A stretch of 64,000 nt of DNA from Leucoraja ocellata (lineage: Eukaryota): the NCBI GenBank assembly GCA_036785375.1, contig JAWMAR010000688.1, positions 434,001 to 498,000 on the forward strand, read 5' to 3'. The translations under genes and the position numbers were made by a program. Positions 1-13,511 of the stretch are shown piece after piece; position 1 is the first letter of the stretch; each line of letters opens with the position of its first letter. The notes under the pieces are model-generated. The model was not told where the DNA came from. It searched no databases and saw nothing but the letters and a program-made list of their open reading frames with translations.

Positions 1-1337
1 AGGAAGGACATCCTTGCTATTGAGGCAGTGCAGCGTAGGTTCATGAGATTAATCCCCAGGATGACTGGACTGTCATATGAGGAAAGGTTGGAAAGAGTGG
101 GCTTGTGGAAGTTAGAAGGATGAGAGGATATCTTATAGAAACTTATAAAAGGACTGGACAAGCTAGATGCAGGAAAAACATTCCCAATGATGGGGGTCCA
201 GAACCAGGGGCCACAGTCTAAGAATAAAGGGGAGGCCATTTAAAAATGGGATGAGAAAAATATTTTTCGCCCAGAGAGTTGTGAATTTGTGGAAGGCAGT
301 AGAGGCCAATTCACTGGATTAATTTAAAAGAGAGTTAGATAGAGGTATAGGGGCTAGCGGAATCAAGGGATATTGGGAGAAGGCAGGCACGGATTACTGA
401 TCGTGGATGATCAGCCATGATCACAAGATAATGAAGAGGATTTCCAAAGTCTACATAGTGATTTAGGCCATTTGGAAAAATGGGCTGAAAGATGGCAGAT
501 GGAGTTTAATGCTGATAAATGTGAGGTGCTACACCTTGGCAGGACAAATCAAAATAGGACGTACATGGTAAATGGTAGGGAATTGAAGAATACAGTTGAA
601 CAGAGAGATCTGGGAATAACCGTGCATAGTTCCTTGAAGGTGGAATCTCGTATAGATAGGGTGGTAAAGAAAGCTTTTGGTATGCTAGCCTTTATAAATC
701 AGAGCATTGAGTATAGAAGCTGGGATGTAATGTTAAAATTTTACGGCATTGGTGAGACCAAATCTGGAGTTATAGGAAGGATGTCAACAAAATAGAGAGA
801 GTACAGAGGAGATTTACTAGAATGTTGCCTGGGTTTCAACAACTAAGTTACAGAGATAGGTTGAATAAGTTAGGTCTTTATTCTCTGGAGCGCTGAAGGT
901 TAAGGGGGGACTTGATAGAGGTCTTTAAAATGATGAGAGGGACAAACAGAGTTGATGTGGACAAGCTTTTCCCTTTGAGAATAGGAAAGATTCAAACAAG
1001 AGGACATGACTTCAGAATTAAGGGACAGAAGTTTAGGGGTAACATGAGGGGGAACTTCTTTACTCAGAGAGTGGTAGCGGTGTGGAATGAGCTTCCAGTG
1101 GAAGTGGTGGCGGCAGGTTCGTTGGTATCATTTAAAAATAAATTGGATAGGCATATGGATGAGAAGGGAATGGAGGGTTATGGTGCGAGTGCAGGCAGGT
1201 GGGACTAAGGGAAAAAGTTGTTCGGCACGGACTTGTTGGGCCAAGATGGCCTGTTTCCGTGCTGTAATTGTTATATGTTAATGGCGGTGCTGGCTCGAAG
1301 GGCCAAATGGCTGCCTCCTGCACCTATTTTCTATGTT
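1..1337 (+). mobile_element. Nested CR1-type LINE 3' fragments (one subfamily at ~427-1280 inserted in the 3' UTR of another)
   Basis: ORFs 472-795 and 912-1208 give CR1 ORF2 C-terminal motifs (WQMEFNADKCEVLH, RDLGITV, TRGHDF, FFTQRVV..WNELP). The outer copy breaks at gatcagccatgatcacaa (~426) and resumes at atggcggtgctggctcgaaggg (1281), ending in a TTCTATGT-type tail. Confidence 0.88.
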
Positions 1338-1338
1338 T

Positions 1339-1604
1339 AGTCTTTCCATCACCTTTGGAAACTTTTATTGCTGTTTATCAACATGATGACCAAGGTTGTG
1401 CCAATGAAAGTCAAATAAGCCATTATGAGACTGAGAAACAAGAATAAAACTGTTTGAGACATCAGACAAATAGGCTTACCAAAATCAACTGTTTGGAACA
1501 TCATTAAGAAGAACGAGGGCCATAGTGACCTTACTATTCACAAAGGGACTGGCAGGCCAAGGAAGTCCTCCACAGCGGATGACACCAATTCTCTCTATAA
1601 TAAA
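1339..1604 (+). mobile_element. Internal fragment of the Tc1 family found at 20939-22579 (5' UTR plus transposase N-terminus)
   Basis: Direct match to ~21257-21525 (tctttccatcacctttggaaacttttattgctgtttatcaacatga...gggactggcaggccaaggaag). Confidence 0.88.
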
Positions 1605-2419
1605 GCTATACTAATCAAATCAAATGGAAGGAATTTTATGTGACTGAATCCTTGCAGACGGTGGATAGTCTTCAAGAAGTTAGGAGGCGAGGTGCTTGCT
1701 GCTTGATTCCTAGTTTCTGACCTGTTCTTTACATTGAACTAGAGTAGCCATTTCTGATCAATGGTAATCCACTAGGACATTGATACTAGGTAGATACGAA
1801 ATGCTGGAGTAACTCAGCGGGTCAGGCAGCATCTCTGGAGAGAAGGAATGGGCGACGTTTTGGGTTGAGACCCTTCTTCCAGCTCTTGTCCCAGGACATT
1901 GATACTGGTAGATTCGGGGATGGTAATGTCATAGGATGAAAGCCAGATTTTCTCATTGGATATCATTGTTGCCTACTAGTTATGTGATGCAAATGCCACA
2001 TCAGCCCAGGCCTGGATTTTGCCCAGGCCTTTATTCATTAGGAATGAGGGCTGCTTCATTATGTTGTTGCAATTGGTGCTGAACATTCCATTCCAACTGT
2101 TGATTTAGCGATTGAAGAAAGGCTATTGTTGAAGCAGCTGAAGGTGATTGAGCCTAGGATATCACCCTGAGGAACTCCTGTGACTGAGATGTTTGATCTC
2201 CAAACATCACAGACTTTGTGTATGTATAATTCCATCCAGCAGAGGGCCCCTCTGATTCCCATTAGTCTTGCAAAATGATTTCGATTTTGAAATGTTTTTA
2301 GAAAGTACTGCAGATGTTGGAAAAATCGAAGGTAGACAAAAATGCTGGAGAAACTCAGCGGATAAGGGGCGACGTTTCGGGCCTGAGACCTTTCTTCTGA
2401 CTGACAAATAATAGTTTTG

Positions 2420-3108
2420 TTACAATTGTATGGGAATGAACAAAGCCACACCTGGAATGTTGTGCAGAGTTTTAATCTCCTCATTTACAAAAGGTAAGAT
2501 TGGTATTGGAGGTGGTTGAAAAAAGGCTCATAAGACTGATTCCTGGGGGTGATAGGGTTGTATCGCAGAAAATAAATTTGTCTATATTTAGTTTGGAGTG
2601 AACAGTAATCTTATTGAAAGAGCTTTGGTACGGTGGCATGGTGAGATAGATAGATGTTAATGTTTTAACAGTGGGAAAATCTCAGAGGAAATGTATTCAC
2701 TGGAGTTTAGAAGGATGAGGGGAATCTTATAGAAACGTATAAAATTATAAAAGGACTGGACAAGCTAGATGCAGGAAAAATGTTCCCAATGTTGGGCGAG
2801 TCCAGAACCAGGGGCCAGTCTTAGAATAAAGGGCAGGCCATTTAAGACTGAGGTGAGAAAAAACGTTTTCACCCAGAGAGTTGTGAATTTGTGCAATTCC
2901 CTGCCACAGAGGGCAGTGGAGGCCAAATCACTGGATGGATTTAAGAGAGAGTTAGATAGAGCTCTAGGGGCTAGTGGAGTCGAGGGATATGGGGAGAAGG
3001 CAGGCACGGGTTTTTGATTGGAGACGATCAGCCATGATCGCAATGAATGGCGGTGCTGGCTTGAAGGGCCGAATGGCCTCCTTCTGCACCTATTTTCTAT
3101 GTTCCTAT
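2420..3108 (+). mobile_element. CR1-type LINE 3' fragments (old decayed part, then a younger copy at ~2696-3108)
   Basis: SLRIKGRPFKTEVRKNVFTQRVVNLCNSLPQRAVEAKSLDGFKRELD in ORF 2769-3017, followed by the typical 3' UTR and ttctatgt tail. Confidence 0.85.
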
Positions 3109-3699
3109 GAAATGGGTGTGCAGGAATTTCTTCCTGCAGTGGTTGGTAAGTCTCTGGAATCCCTCACTCTGGAGGATTGTGGAGGTCAGATTATTGGAGG
3201 CATTTATAGAAAGGGCTCCAGGCCGCGAGAACGGGCTTCTTCCTGGTGTGCAGGTACAGTCATTCACCCACGTTATTTTAAGAAGGAATTGCAAATGCTG
3301 GAACAATCGAAGGTAGACAAAAATGCTGGAGAAACTCAGCAGGTGAGGCAGCATCTCACCCGCTGAGTTTCTACAGCATTTTTGTCCACTCGCGTTATTT
3401 TGTAATTTGTACCCGTCATTTAGGGATGTTATATGAATTTAAAAAATAATAAGTTTATGTGTGTTTTCTCATCTTCAAGGTTAGTTCTTCTGTTTGCCTT
3501 TATTTGTTTCAGTTTTGCCTTTATTTGCTTCAGCCTTTCTAGAGAACATGCTACTTTTTGCTTTGCCCATTTTCAAAATATAACATTTTTGAATTTGGCG
3601 TTTGATTGGTACAAGGAGACTACAAAGCTCGTAATATCTATTTTTTTTACGCACTAACTTTCTACATTTCTACTTTTGGGTATGTAGGTGGCAATTATG

Positions 3700-4444
3700 G
3701 TTCATGGAATTTTCTCTCCCCCCTCCCCATTTCTCTCCCCTCTACTCTCTCTCCCCCTCCCCCATCTACCCCCCCTCCCTCCTCTCTTCCCCCCCCTCCC
3801 TCCTCTCTTCCCCCCCCCTCCCCTTCATCCCCTCTCTCTGCCCCCTCCTCTCTCTTTCCCCCTCCCTTCCCCCCTCCCCCTCTCCCACTTACTCCCCCCC
3901 CCCCCCCCCCCCCCCGTGTGTTGGGGGGGTGGTTAGTGTGTGTGTGACACTGCAGGCCGCTTCCCCCCTCACCCCCTCCCACAACGGGTCCCACTTGGTC
4001 TAGTAACTATTAAAACTCTAGTCGTGGATGTGTGTGGGTGTGTGAAAACCGACTCTGACAGTAAAAGTTTAAAATTCCTGTAGAGATTTATCCCGTGAAG
4101 TTAAGAATCCACTTATCTGAAAACATCATGCATTATGTCTCCAGTTATTAATCAAAATGTTCAAAAATTTCAAATAACTGTCTGGCTCTGGCTGATGATG
4201 TCACAATGGCTGCACGTTGTGTTCATGCGCTGCGAGTGACGTCGCTGCTCGCTTTTTGCCGTTCTCCCGCCCGGCTCCTCTCCCCTCTGCCCATGCCCTC
4301 CCCCTCTCATCCCTCCCCCTCTCATCCCCCCCCCCCCACCCCCCTGTGTGTGTGGGGGTGGTTAGTGTGTGTGTGACGCCACAGGCCGCCTCCCCGCAAC
4401 CGCGCTTTGATGGGACGGGACCCATCGGGTCCCACTTGGTCTAG
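3700..4444 (+). mobile_element. Two head-to-tail non-autonomous Helitron-like elements (3' ends at 4003 and 4444)
   Basis: Both end in gggtcccacttggtCTAG|T. The second has a hairpin GGGACCC-ATC-GGGTCCC (4417-4433) 7 nt before CTAG. Both have a C-rich tract followed by gggggtggttagtgtgtgtgtgac. The 5' boundary of the first copy is uncertain. Confidence 0.62.
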
Positions 4445-5346
4445 TATCTCATTTTGCTCCATTCAGCTTAAAGTTATTCTCTCTCATATTTAAGAATTCA
4501 CCCAGGGTAAAAGAACCGTCTGCCGTCTACCAAATCTGCGCCTCTCATAACTTTATATGGTTCTCTCAGGAGTATGTAGCTTGAGTAAATTCTATTAAAT
4601 CCCCTAATTAGGGTAATTAAAAGTTTCCTAAGCAAGACTTTGAAATTGCACAGAACCTTGAGAGATTTGAAGGGTAAAACAGAGAAGTCATTTTTTGACG
4701 CACCAATGCTTTTATTGTTGTTGACGACAAATGTATTGGGTATTGAAGGGATTGCGTCAAAAACAACCCTAGAATACAATGTTTTAACACCATTAGAACT
4801 GTAATATGCTTCGTTTTTTTTTTACTGTATTTACAATATTATATCATGCTGAAAGGTGGCACATAAGTTAATTTGCTGTCTGAGCAACTACAAACAAGTC
4901 TGTCTCTGATTCCATTTGTGGGAACATTTGTTAAAAGGCACCTTGGTGGGTGTTTGAGAAATGGGCATTGAGGGTTATTATACTTGTAAAAATGTATCAA
5001 GTGAATGCAATTGGACAGGCTGGATAGAAATGAGACCCGTCTGAAGCTGTTATGGAAATCATTATGCTGTCATCCTAACGTGATCCTTACTGGAAAAACA
5101 AATGCTTAGTCTTCTCTGGGTAGGCCAGACCCAATTATCTGGTCTTCTGCCACCCATCTAAGGCACTCCATTAAATGGGCAAAGCACAAAACGTGAAAGA
5201 GACCAGGTGGAATCATTGACTCTTTAAGAATCTATTGCCCTTGGGTAAGAATTTTTAAGGAAAATTTGTAGGACATTATTGGAACAGGGTGATGCAATTC
5301 ATGAAAGTAGGAACTTTGGGCTTTTTGTAACATTTTCTTGTGTTAA

Positions 5347-5586
<240 letters not shown>

Positions 5587-7649
5587 TGAAAGGCAGAGGA
5601 ACAGGAGCGAGCATTTGGCCCTTTGAACAATATTTGACAGTTCATCATATTCTGTTCAATATCCCTCTTTCCCTGAAAATCAGAACTGATCCCAGAATGG
5701 AGTAGAGAGAGGTTAAAGATGTCTATGAATACCACTGCCAGCTGATCTGCACAGATTCAAGGATGTGGCCAAGGATTCAATCTTTCTGAAGAGTCTAGTG
5801 TTTTATTGTCATACGTCCTGAAATAGATCAATTAATTTCTTATTTTCAGCAGCATAACAGATATAATTTTCTGGCACCCTCTGTTCCAGAGTCAATCTGG
5901 ATTATCTGTTTTTCTGGACCAATGGAGGTCACGTGATAATGAAATGACAAACACCCCGGGCTGCTAATAACACCCCTCCCATGTCTCTAAGCAGCATGGA
6001 GTGCGAGAAACAAATATAAAATGTAAACTCAATGTGGAAGGAATGACCTGCTGACCCATCGGCCCCCGCCGTCTCCTTAGCCATTTAGAGCCCCGGCTTC
6101 TGACCCAACTCCTGATTTGCAAAATGCATCAGCGAGCCCTTCTTCGCCCACCGCACATTCCGGTGACAAGGCTGTTGTTGTGACTCGTGTTGTAGCCCCT
6201 GGGGACAGTGCTTTCTTCGGGCCATACCTCCATCCCCTATCTGCCTCGCTTCACTGCCTCCTTCTCCCCCACCTCCTTCTCCCCCAGAGTCGCTGACAAA
6301 CTCCACCTTGGAAACGACAGCAGGTGAGAGGGGGGAGCCCCAAGGTGACCGAGCACGTCACAAGAAAGAGCTGGCCCTAGGGGCAACGATGTGAGTTGCA
6401 ACGACAGCCATGTGAACTGGTGAAGAAGGGCTCGCTGGTTTTCAAAGTATGGTACTACTATCAGTGTCACTTCTGATGGTAGTTCAGTAGATTCTACTCC
6501 AAGCTCATCAACCTGGTGAAACCCTTTCCTGCCTGAGGATTAATGAACAAGCAATGTATTTCTATTGTGAAACTTTTCTCAGAATTTTCAAATAGTATGG
6601 AAGAATTATTGTGACTAACAGATGATTGGGAGCAACTGATAAAAAGGGGCATTTGCTCTCATGCTGTTGCAGTGTCTTCAGATGGACTAGCATATGACAG
6701 TTTGTGAATAAATTGAGTGAAGGAGAGTGAAATAGTAACAGTATAATATGAAAAATGTGTTCTTGATGGAGACTGTAGAGATCAATGTTTAAAATATTTT
6801 TATCACCAAATTTCCTGGAGAAAATTAACATGGCCATTAGGTATTGAAAATGTAATTTGTTTATAAAAATCTGTTAAATTGAGATTTGCATTCAACTAGA
6901 TCAATGTATTGCAATAAATTCAATAAGCACATAAAGGGGAAAAGGATAACCAGAGAGAGTGGGACCCCTCTGAAATCAAAGGGGTCAACTCTGTGTGGAG
7001 CCACAGGCGATGGGCAAGGTCCTTAACGAGTATTTCTCCTCTTTTTACTGTGGAGAAAGACAGGAGGATAGGGGATCTTGATATGGGTTTCTGACCAAGC
7101 TGTTCTTGGAAACGTTGAAGGAAGAAAAAGCTTGAAATATTCAAATCATGCCACATGTAAGGGAAGTGAATGAGTTCAGGATAAAGGGGCTTAACAAATG
7201 TAGCCTCACCTATTTCCAGCATTTTTATTGGCACATCCAATATTTTAGAAAATACTGCAAAAGTATTTTCATGATTTCATTGCCAATGCCCTAAATGTCA
7301 CCCTAAAGTCTTTACTTGCATTATTACTTATAAATAACATGCTTGTCATCTGTCCCATTGATTCTGTCATTCCAGGGCAAAGGATCCTTGACTCTTGTGC
7401 CCAGGAGATGATTTTTGTGACCAGATTGTGCAAATTGTATTTATTAAAATATTGTATCCTATCCCCACCGCCAATTACCACTGCATTAATTTGCTCCCCT
7501 TTTGAATGAAGGCCCATTATACTCTTTATACGCATGACTGTAGCCAGCCACAGTTCCAACTCTCCCATCGCTGACGGCAACTCTGTTGGACGAATTATTG
7601 ATTTTGTTGAGTCTGAGTCTAGGAGGGAGGTTTTTGTCTGCTTGAATGG

Positions 7650-8410
7650 TGCCAGAAAAACAACCTCGCTCTCAACGTCAGTAAAACTAGGGAATTGATT
7701 GCTGACATTAGAAGAGGAAGGCCAAGGATCGACTAATTTGTCTTTATCAATCGGTGGTGAAGAGAGTCAACAACTTCAATTTCCTGGGTGTGTATATCTC
7801 TAAAGATCTGTCCTGGACACAGCGCATTGATGCAATCTTGAAAGCCCATTCGCACCTCTATTCCCAAGAAGATTGAGGAGATGTGGTATGTTTACGAATG
7901 GCCTCTTAACTTTGAAAAAAATTAGTAACTCAGCAGGTCAGACAACATCTATGGAGAAAAGGAATAGATGACATTTCGGGTTGAGACCCTTCTTGGCCTA
8001 TTTCTATCCAGAGAAGCTGTCTGACGCTGAGTTACTCCAGCTTTTTGTGTCTATCTTTGGTTTAAAACAGCATCTGCGGGTCCTTCCTGCACAACTCTCT
8101 TAACCTCTGCAGGTGTACAGTAGAGAGCATATTGACTGGTTGCTTCATGGCTGGTTTGGCAATACAAATGCCCTGGAACAAAGGAGATTACAATAAGTGG
8201 TGAACACTGCCCAGTCCATCACGGGTATTGACCTCTTCATCATTGAAGGGATCTAACAGAGGTGCTGTTTCAAAAAGGCAGCCAGCATCATCAAGAATCC
8301 ACACCAACCTAGTAACACTCGTTTTACTCCTGCCATTGGGAAGAAGGTATCAGAATCTGATAACTCGTGGTTCAGGAAAACCTTTTCCCAACAATGATCA
8401 GGTTATTGAA
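7650..8410 (+). mobile_element. Decayed Rex1/Babar- or L2-like LINE RT C-terminal fragment, interrupted by a Penelope-terminus insert (~7910-8095)
   Basis: Translates to NNLALNVSKTRELI..., VNNFNFLGV.IS.DLSWT, and RCTVESILTGC motifs, with frameshifts. Confidence 0.6.
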
Positions 8411-10251
8411 CACTAAGCTCTCCATGTAAAATATGAACAGCAACCAAACTACAAACTGGCTGGATTGCTCTTAGGACTTTCGGCTTTGTTTTTGAACTAT
8501 ATATTGGGTCTTTCTTTATTGAACTTTTTTGTTTGTGTTATCTCCTGAGTACTGTATTTACAAACCTATTGTGCTGCTGTTGTAAGAAAGAATTTCATTA
8601 TTCTGATTTAGAACATGATAATCAAACACACTTGACTCTTGACTAGTTAAAGCATAAATACAGAACTAAAGGCAAAAAAAGTTGAAAGATTTTGGGAAGA
8701 TATGGTTTGCGTGTTAAACTTTGCACTCTCAAGTCCCAATTTTCATTAGCCATGACAGATGTACGAATCGCATTTCTCAGTTCATTCTTAATTCCATTCA
8801 TTAAAGCTTACGATCTTCAAATTGTGCTTCTGTCTCGGTTCTAATAGAACCTGATTGCTGAGATTTTTCATATTTAATGCATGTTGTGCATCCCCAATAT
8901 TTTTTTCCTTTCTATTAATTGCATGCATTTTTCCAACTGTTAAGAGCTAGATGCAGATAAACTATTTCCCATGTGGTCTTGGACTTATCTTGCTGGAACA
9001 CTAATTTTTCTCTGTGTCCAGGTTTTTGTGGATGTACTTCCCCATTGACTGGGGATGTTCCAAACCAACTGTTGGATGACATCTTAAAACTGGGTGTAAA
9101 AGATCCTTTGATGCTACTTTGTTCAGAGGCCGACTATTAATTTGAACCCAGTAAAACCCAATGTCAACTTTTTTGGCAGTGGCTCAGTTTCAGTCTCGTG
9201 CAGAAAGTACAAAATGGAGAGAAGTAGGCAGTGAGAATGTGATTAGGTCAGGGTTGTGTCGAAGTTGGCTAAGCTGACTTGTAAAGCAAAGGAATTCATT
9301 TAGATGTTTAAGAAGGAACTGCAGATACTGGAAAATCGAAGGTACACACAAATGCTGGAGAAACTGAGAGGGTGCAGCAGCACCTATGCAGCGAAGGAGA
9401 TAGGCAACGTTTTGGGCCGAAACCCAATTCATTTAGATGATAGGCACAAAATGCTGGAGTAACTTTTTTTTTTTTGCCATGTCAGTGGGACAGGCAGCAT
9501 CTCTGGAGAGAAGGAATGGGTGACGTTTCGGGTCGAAACCCTTCAGTCTGAAGAACTGAACTTCTCTCCAAAGATGGTGCCTGTCCCGCTGAGTTACCCC
9601 AGCATTTTGTGTCTATCCAAAATTAAATTAGTGTTATGTGCCCGATCTCCGGGTTACAAACTAACTTTAACACCTTTCCATAGCTTTTGGAACCTGAAGT
9701 AGTGGAATGATAGCAGCTCTTCCTCTATCCTGAGGACTTCTGAAGCAATAGCTTGGAGGAGACAGACTTGCAAAAATCCCAAATTTAAAGCAGCAAATAA
9801 TCAGGAATGCTTTTTAATTGACTTTATTTGTTAGACACATCTTATAATATTTTTCTGAAAACTGTGTTAATTAGTCTGGGAAGAGTTTGTTGAGGTTTGA
9901 CATGTATGTTATTTCAAAGAAAATTTTGAAGTAAGCCATTTTTTTTTTGCCGTCATCTTATTAACTTACAAAGCACCCACAGGGGAAGGCTGTAAGAAAA
10001 TATATTTTTTAAGTGCAATAATTTGGAAAATGCACAGAACTTGAAAAGAAAGTGGCAATAATGTCCTGGCAGTTCACAAAAAAAAAATGACATTTTGGAT
10101 ATTTTAGCAAATGTGGAAAACATTTGCCCACACTGTAAATCAGGCCCTTTTACAGTTTCCTTTTCCAAAATGGCATATCTCTGAAGGAGGTAGACAAAAA
10201 ATGCTGGAGAAACAGCGGGTGAGGCAGCATGTATGGAGAGAAGGAATTGGC

Positions 10252-10279
10252 GACGTTTCGGGTCAAGACCCTTCTTCAG
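10252..10279 (-). ncRNA. Minimal (Penelope-type) hammerhead ribozyme core, intact consensus
   Basis: Reverse complement reads CTGAAGA-A-GGGTC-TT-GACCC-GAAAC-GTC: CUGANGA box, stem II, GAAA box and GUC cleavage triplet with the palindromic ACGU stem III. Confidence 0.6.
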
Positions 10280-11311
10280 ACTGAAACGTCGCCAATTCCT
10301 TCTCTCCATAGATTCCTGGGAGGTGTTTGAGGAATTAAATGTTGCTAAGGTAGTAGGGATCTGTTTGCAAAGGAATACAAGGATTATGAAACAGCAGTGG
10401 TACTTGTGGGGAAATGCTGAGACAGAAAAGATTAACAAGCATTTAGAAATGTTCCTATTGAAAAGGACCTGGTACTGATTTATTGAAGCCTGATAATTTT
10501 GACATCCTGAACTTTTTGGCATGGATCCAGCAGGATCCAACCTGCTGCCCTGACTTGCTGGACCTCCATTGGACTTTATTTTACAGAAGTGGTCATCTAG
10601 ATATACTTGCCCAACTCCCTATACTAACAGAATCAGTGAACACCACCTCATCAATTACAACAATGGTTGTGACTGTTCGGTCAGAGCTTGGAGGTTTGTT
10701 ACAGTGAGATGAGATAGTAATGGATTGCAAGAGGACACTAGCTTGTAGAATTTCAAACAAATGGCAAATGTAGTACAGATGTAGACTAAAATGCTAGAGA
10801 AACTCAGCAGTTGACGCAGCATCTATGAAGCAAAGGAATAGGTGACGTTTCGGGTCGAGACCCTTCTTCAAACAGGTCTCGATCTGACCCAGGTCTTGAC
10901 CCGATATATTTTCATCAAGAGAATGAGGTAAATGAGATTAAATGGATAAGTTGCAAAGGATGTGCAAGAACAGAGGAACCAGTTGGATTTGAGTTTTTGG
11001 AGTTTTCGGGTCGCATAAATGTGGTTTCTCAAGCCTTTGGGATCCTGGGCTTTAAGTAAAGTCAAAGGAATTATAATTACTTTTTAAATGTCATGAGGTT
11101 ATCAGAAGTCAGCTGTATCAAATTACCACGATCACTCGATTTTTACATCCAATTAAATGAAATGCTCAGATTTAGACATGAATTCATGCCCATTCATGTT
11201 TTTGAGAGAGGCATGAAAACATGATGGAAATTACATACATGGGTTACTCTGAAAATTATTCTTCAAGTAGCACAGAATTGAATTTACAGGCCAATTAACC
11301 TAAAAACCCAA

Positions 11312-11545
11312 AGAAAGACACAAAGCTGGAGTAACTCAGCAGGACGGGCAGCATTTCTGGAGAGAAGGAATGGGTGACTTTTTCGGTCGAGACCATTCTT
11401 AAGATTGGTCTCGATCCGACCCAAGTCTCAACCCGAAACGTCACCCATTCCTTCTCTCCAGAGATGCTGCCTGTCCTGCTGAGTTACTCAAGCTTTTTGT
11501 GTCCATCTTTGGTTTAAACCAGCATCTGCAGTTCCTTCCTACACA
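11312..11545. mobile_element. Inverted dimer of the Penelope-like terminal repeat (palindromic short insert)
   Basis: gctggagtaactcagcaggacgggcagcatttctggagagaaggaatgggtgac ... gtcacccattccttctctccagagatgctgcctgtcctgctgagttactc, flanked by the imperfect duplication aacctaaaaaccca / aacctacaaaccca. Confidence 0.7.
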
Positions 11546-12899
11546 ACCTACAAACCCATACTTCTTTGGAGCATATGAATAATATTCTGGGCTTTTTTGT
11601 ATTCAAAATGAAGATCCTATCAATGGTGGAGATCCCACAAAGGATCAGGTGTGAATTGTCAAAATACATTGCATACCAGACTTTGTGGGCCCAATTTGAA
11701 TCTACCTCTTGGAAAGGGTAAATGTGTAAGCTAGTGCCGATATTGGTAGCATTAAAATTATACCATTTGCAAAGTAGGTATAATTATGATTTTTGTTTGC
11801 CTTCCCCATCTCACCTGTTTCCCTTCAAAATAAATTGCATTGTTAATCTATAGGCTCAACATTTCTTTGGATGTCTGTCTGGAACTCATTGCCCATTTTA
11901 CACCTGTTAATCCCTTACATTTATCGCCTCCTGCTTGTTCAGCATCAACAAATTTATATTTAAATTCTCAAAGATATTTTTAAGAGCTTCTGTTGCTCTT
12001 CCTACTATAGTAATAAAAACAAAATTATGGCAAATGCTAGAAATCTGCAATTGAAAACACGTTGCAGATCACAGAGCATTTTATGTTTCATTTTCTTCTT
12101 TTGTGTGCATCTCCAATATACAATCTTTAAAAAAATAATTTTAAAGGATGCAGGTGTTTTTCCTAAGACCAGCAGTTGCCCTGGATGAGAGGGACTTGTT
12201 AGGCTATTTAAGAGGGCTGATAAGAATGGACCACATTGATAGCCTGGAATTGCATGTTGGCCAATGGATGATTCTCTGTCAGTACGGGAAGGAGATAATT
12301 TAGTCGCATGGTATCGAGAAAACAACCTCTCAGTCAGCAAGCAAAGGAACTAGTTATTGACTTTAGGACCTGAAGCATGTCCCCATCAGTATTAATAATG
12401 CAAAATGAAAAATGGTCGAGAGCATCAAGTTCTCCGGCATAAATAGCACCAAGTCTGTACTGGATAACCACATCAACCAAAAAAGCACAACACTGACTTC
12501 TTCAGGAGTCCAAATTCATTCACTGTGTTTCAGTGCATGTGACAATAATAAAACAATAACAACAATGACAAAGTGTCTCTGCATCTATTCCCTTCATGAT
12601 ATTATACATGTCTATAAAATCACCCCCTAAACCTCCTGCACTCCAAGGAACAAAGTGTTGTCTGGATGCTTTGAAGAGAGAGCTAGATAGAGCTCTTAAA
12701 GATAACAGAGTCAGGGGATATGGGGAGAAGGCAGGAACTGGGTACTGATTGTGGATGATCAGCCATGATCACAGTGTTAATCGAATGGCCTACTCCTGCG
12801 CATCTATAGTCTATTGCAGGGGTCTCCAAACGTTTCAGCATGAGGGACAGATATATTGAGCACATTTTTGCAGGCCGTAAGAAAAAAATAAAGAAATGT

Positions 12900-13068
12900 C
12901 ACACACACACACACGCACACACACACACACACGCACTCCCACATACCAAAACACACGCATACAGACAGGCACATAGACACAGACACACATACAGGTCCGT
13001 TCGTTCTCCCTCTCCCCTCTCCCCCCCTCCCCCCCCCTCTCCCCCCCCCCTCTCTCTCCTCCCCCCAT
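12900..13068. repeat. (CA)n microsatellite followed by a C-rich low-complexity tract
   Basis: Directly visible. Confidence 0.85.
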
Positions 13069-13134
13069 CTTCTTGGCATTTATTGTATGCTAGCCTTTTG
13101 TATTTGACCTGTCAAAGCTGCCACAGCCAGACAT

Positions 13135-13372
13135 AAAAACAGCTTATTTTCCCATGAGTAGTAGCTCTACTCAATAACCAAAAATTTGAGGCCTCCTTTT
13201 GCTCTATTTGCTAAATTTTATTTAATTCACGTTTAATCAATAATGTTTTATTATTAAAGTTCAATGTTTTATGTGTCATTCCTAAATCACTATGTCATGT
13301 TGTCACTTGCGAGCGGAGCACCAAGGCAAATTCCTTGTATGTGAATACTTGGTCAATAAACTTATTCATTCA
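13135..13372 (+). mobile_element. LINE 3' UTR-type repeat; further copies on the - strand at ~50945-51150 and ~58410-58620
   Basis: gcaccaaggcaaattccttgtatgtgaatacttggtcaataaacttattcattca matches the reverse complement at the other two sites. Family is uncertain (L2/Rex-like tail). Confidence 0.6.
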
Positions 13373-13511
13373 CTTTGAACTTATTGTGTGAGGATGCTCT
13401 TAATAATATACAATACTACTCAACCTACGGATGGTCCTCCTGTAATTGTTATACTCTTAAAATTACAGATGTTGCATTATAATTGCTGTACTACTAAATC
13501 TTCAAATGGTA

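Noticed and set aside
3606-4003. Pro/Gly-rich ORFs (also at 12804-13136, 15653-15877 and 41295-41888)
   Set aside because: Translations of C/G homopolymeric low-complexity tracts and (CA)n repeats.
12817-12880. hAT (Charlie-like) terminus CAGGGGTCTCCAAAC
   Set aside because: Only one end was found, with no matching right TIR or TSD, so it is not called as an element.
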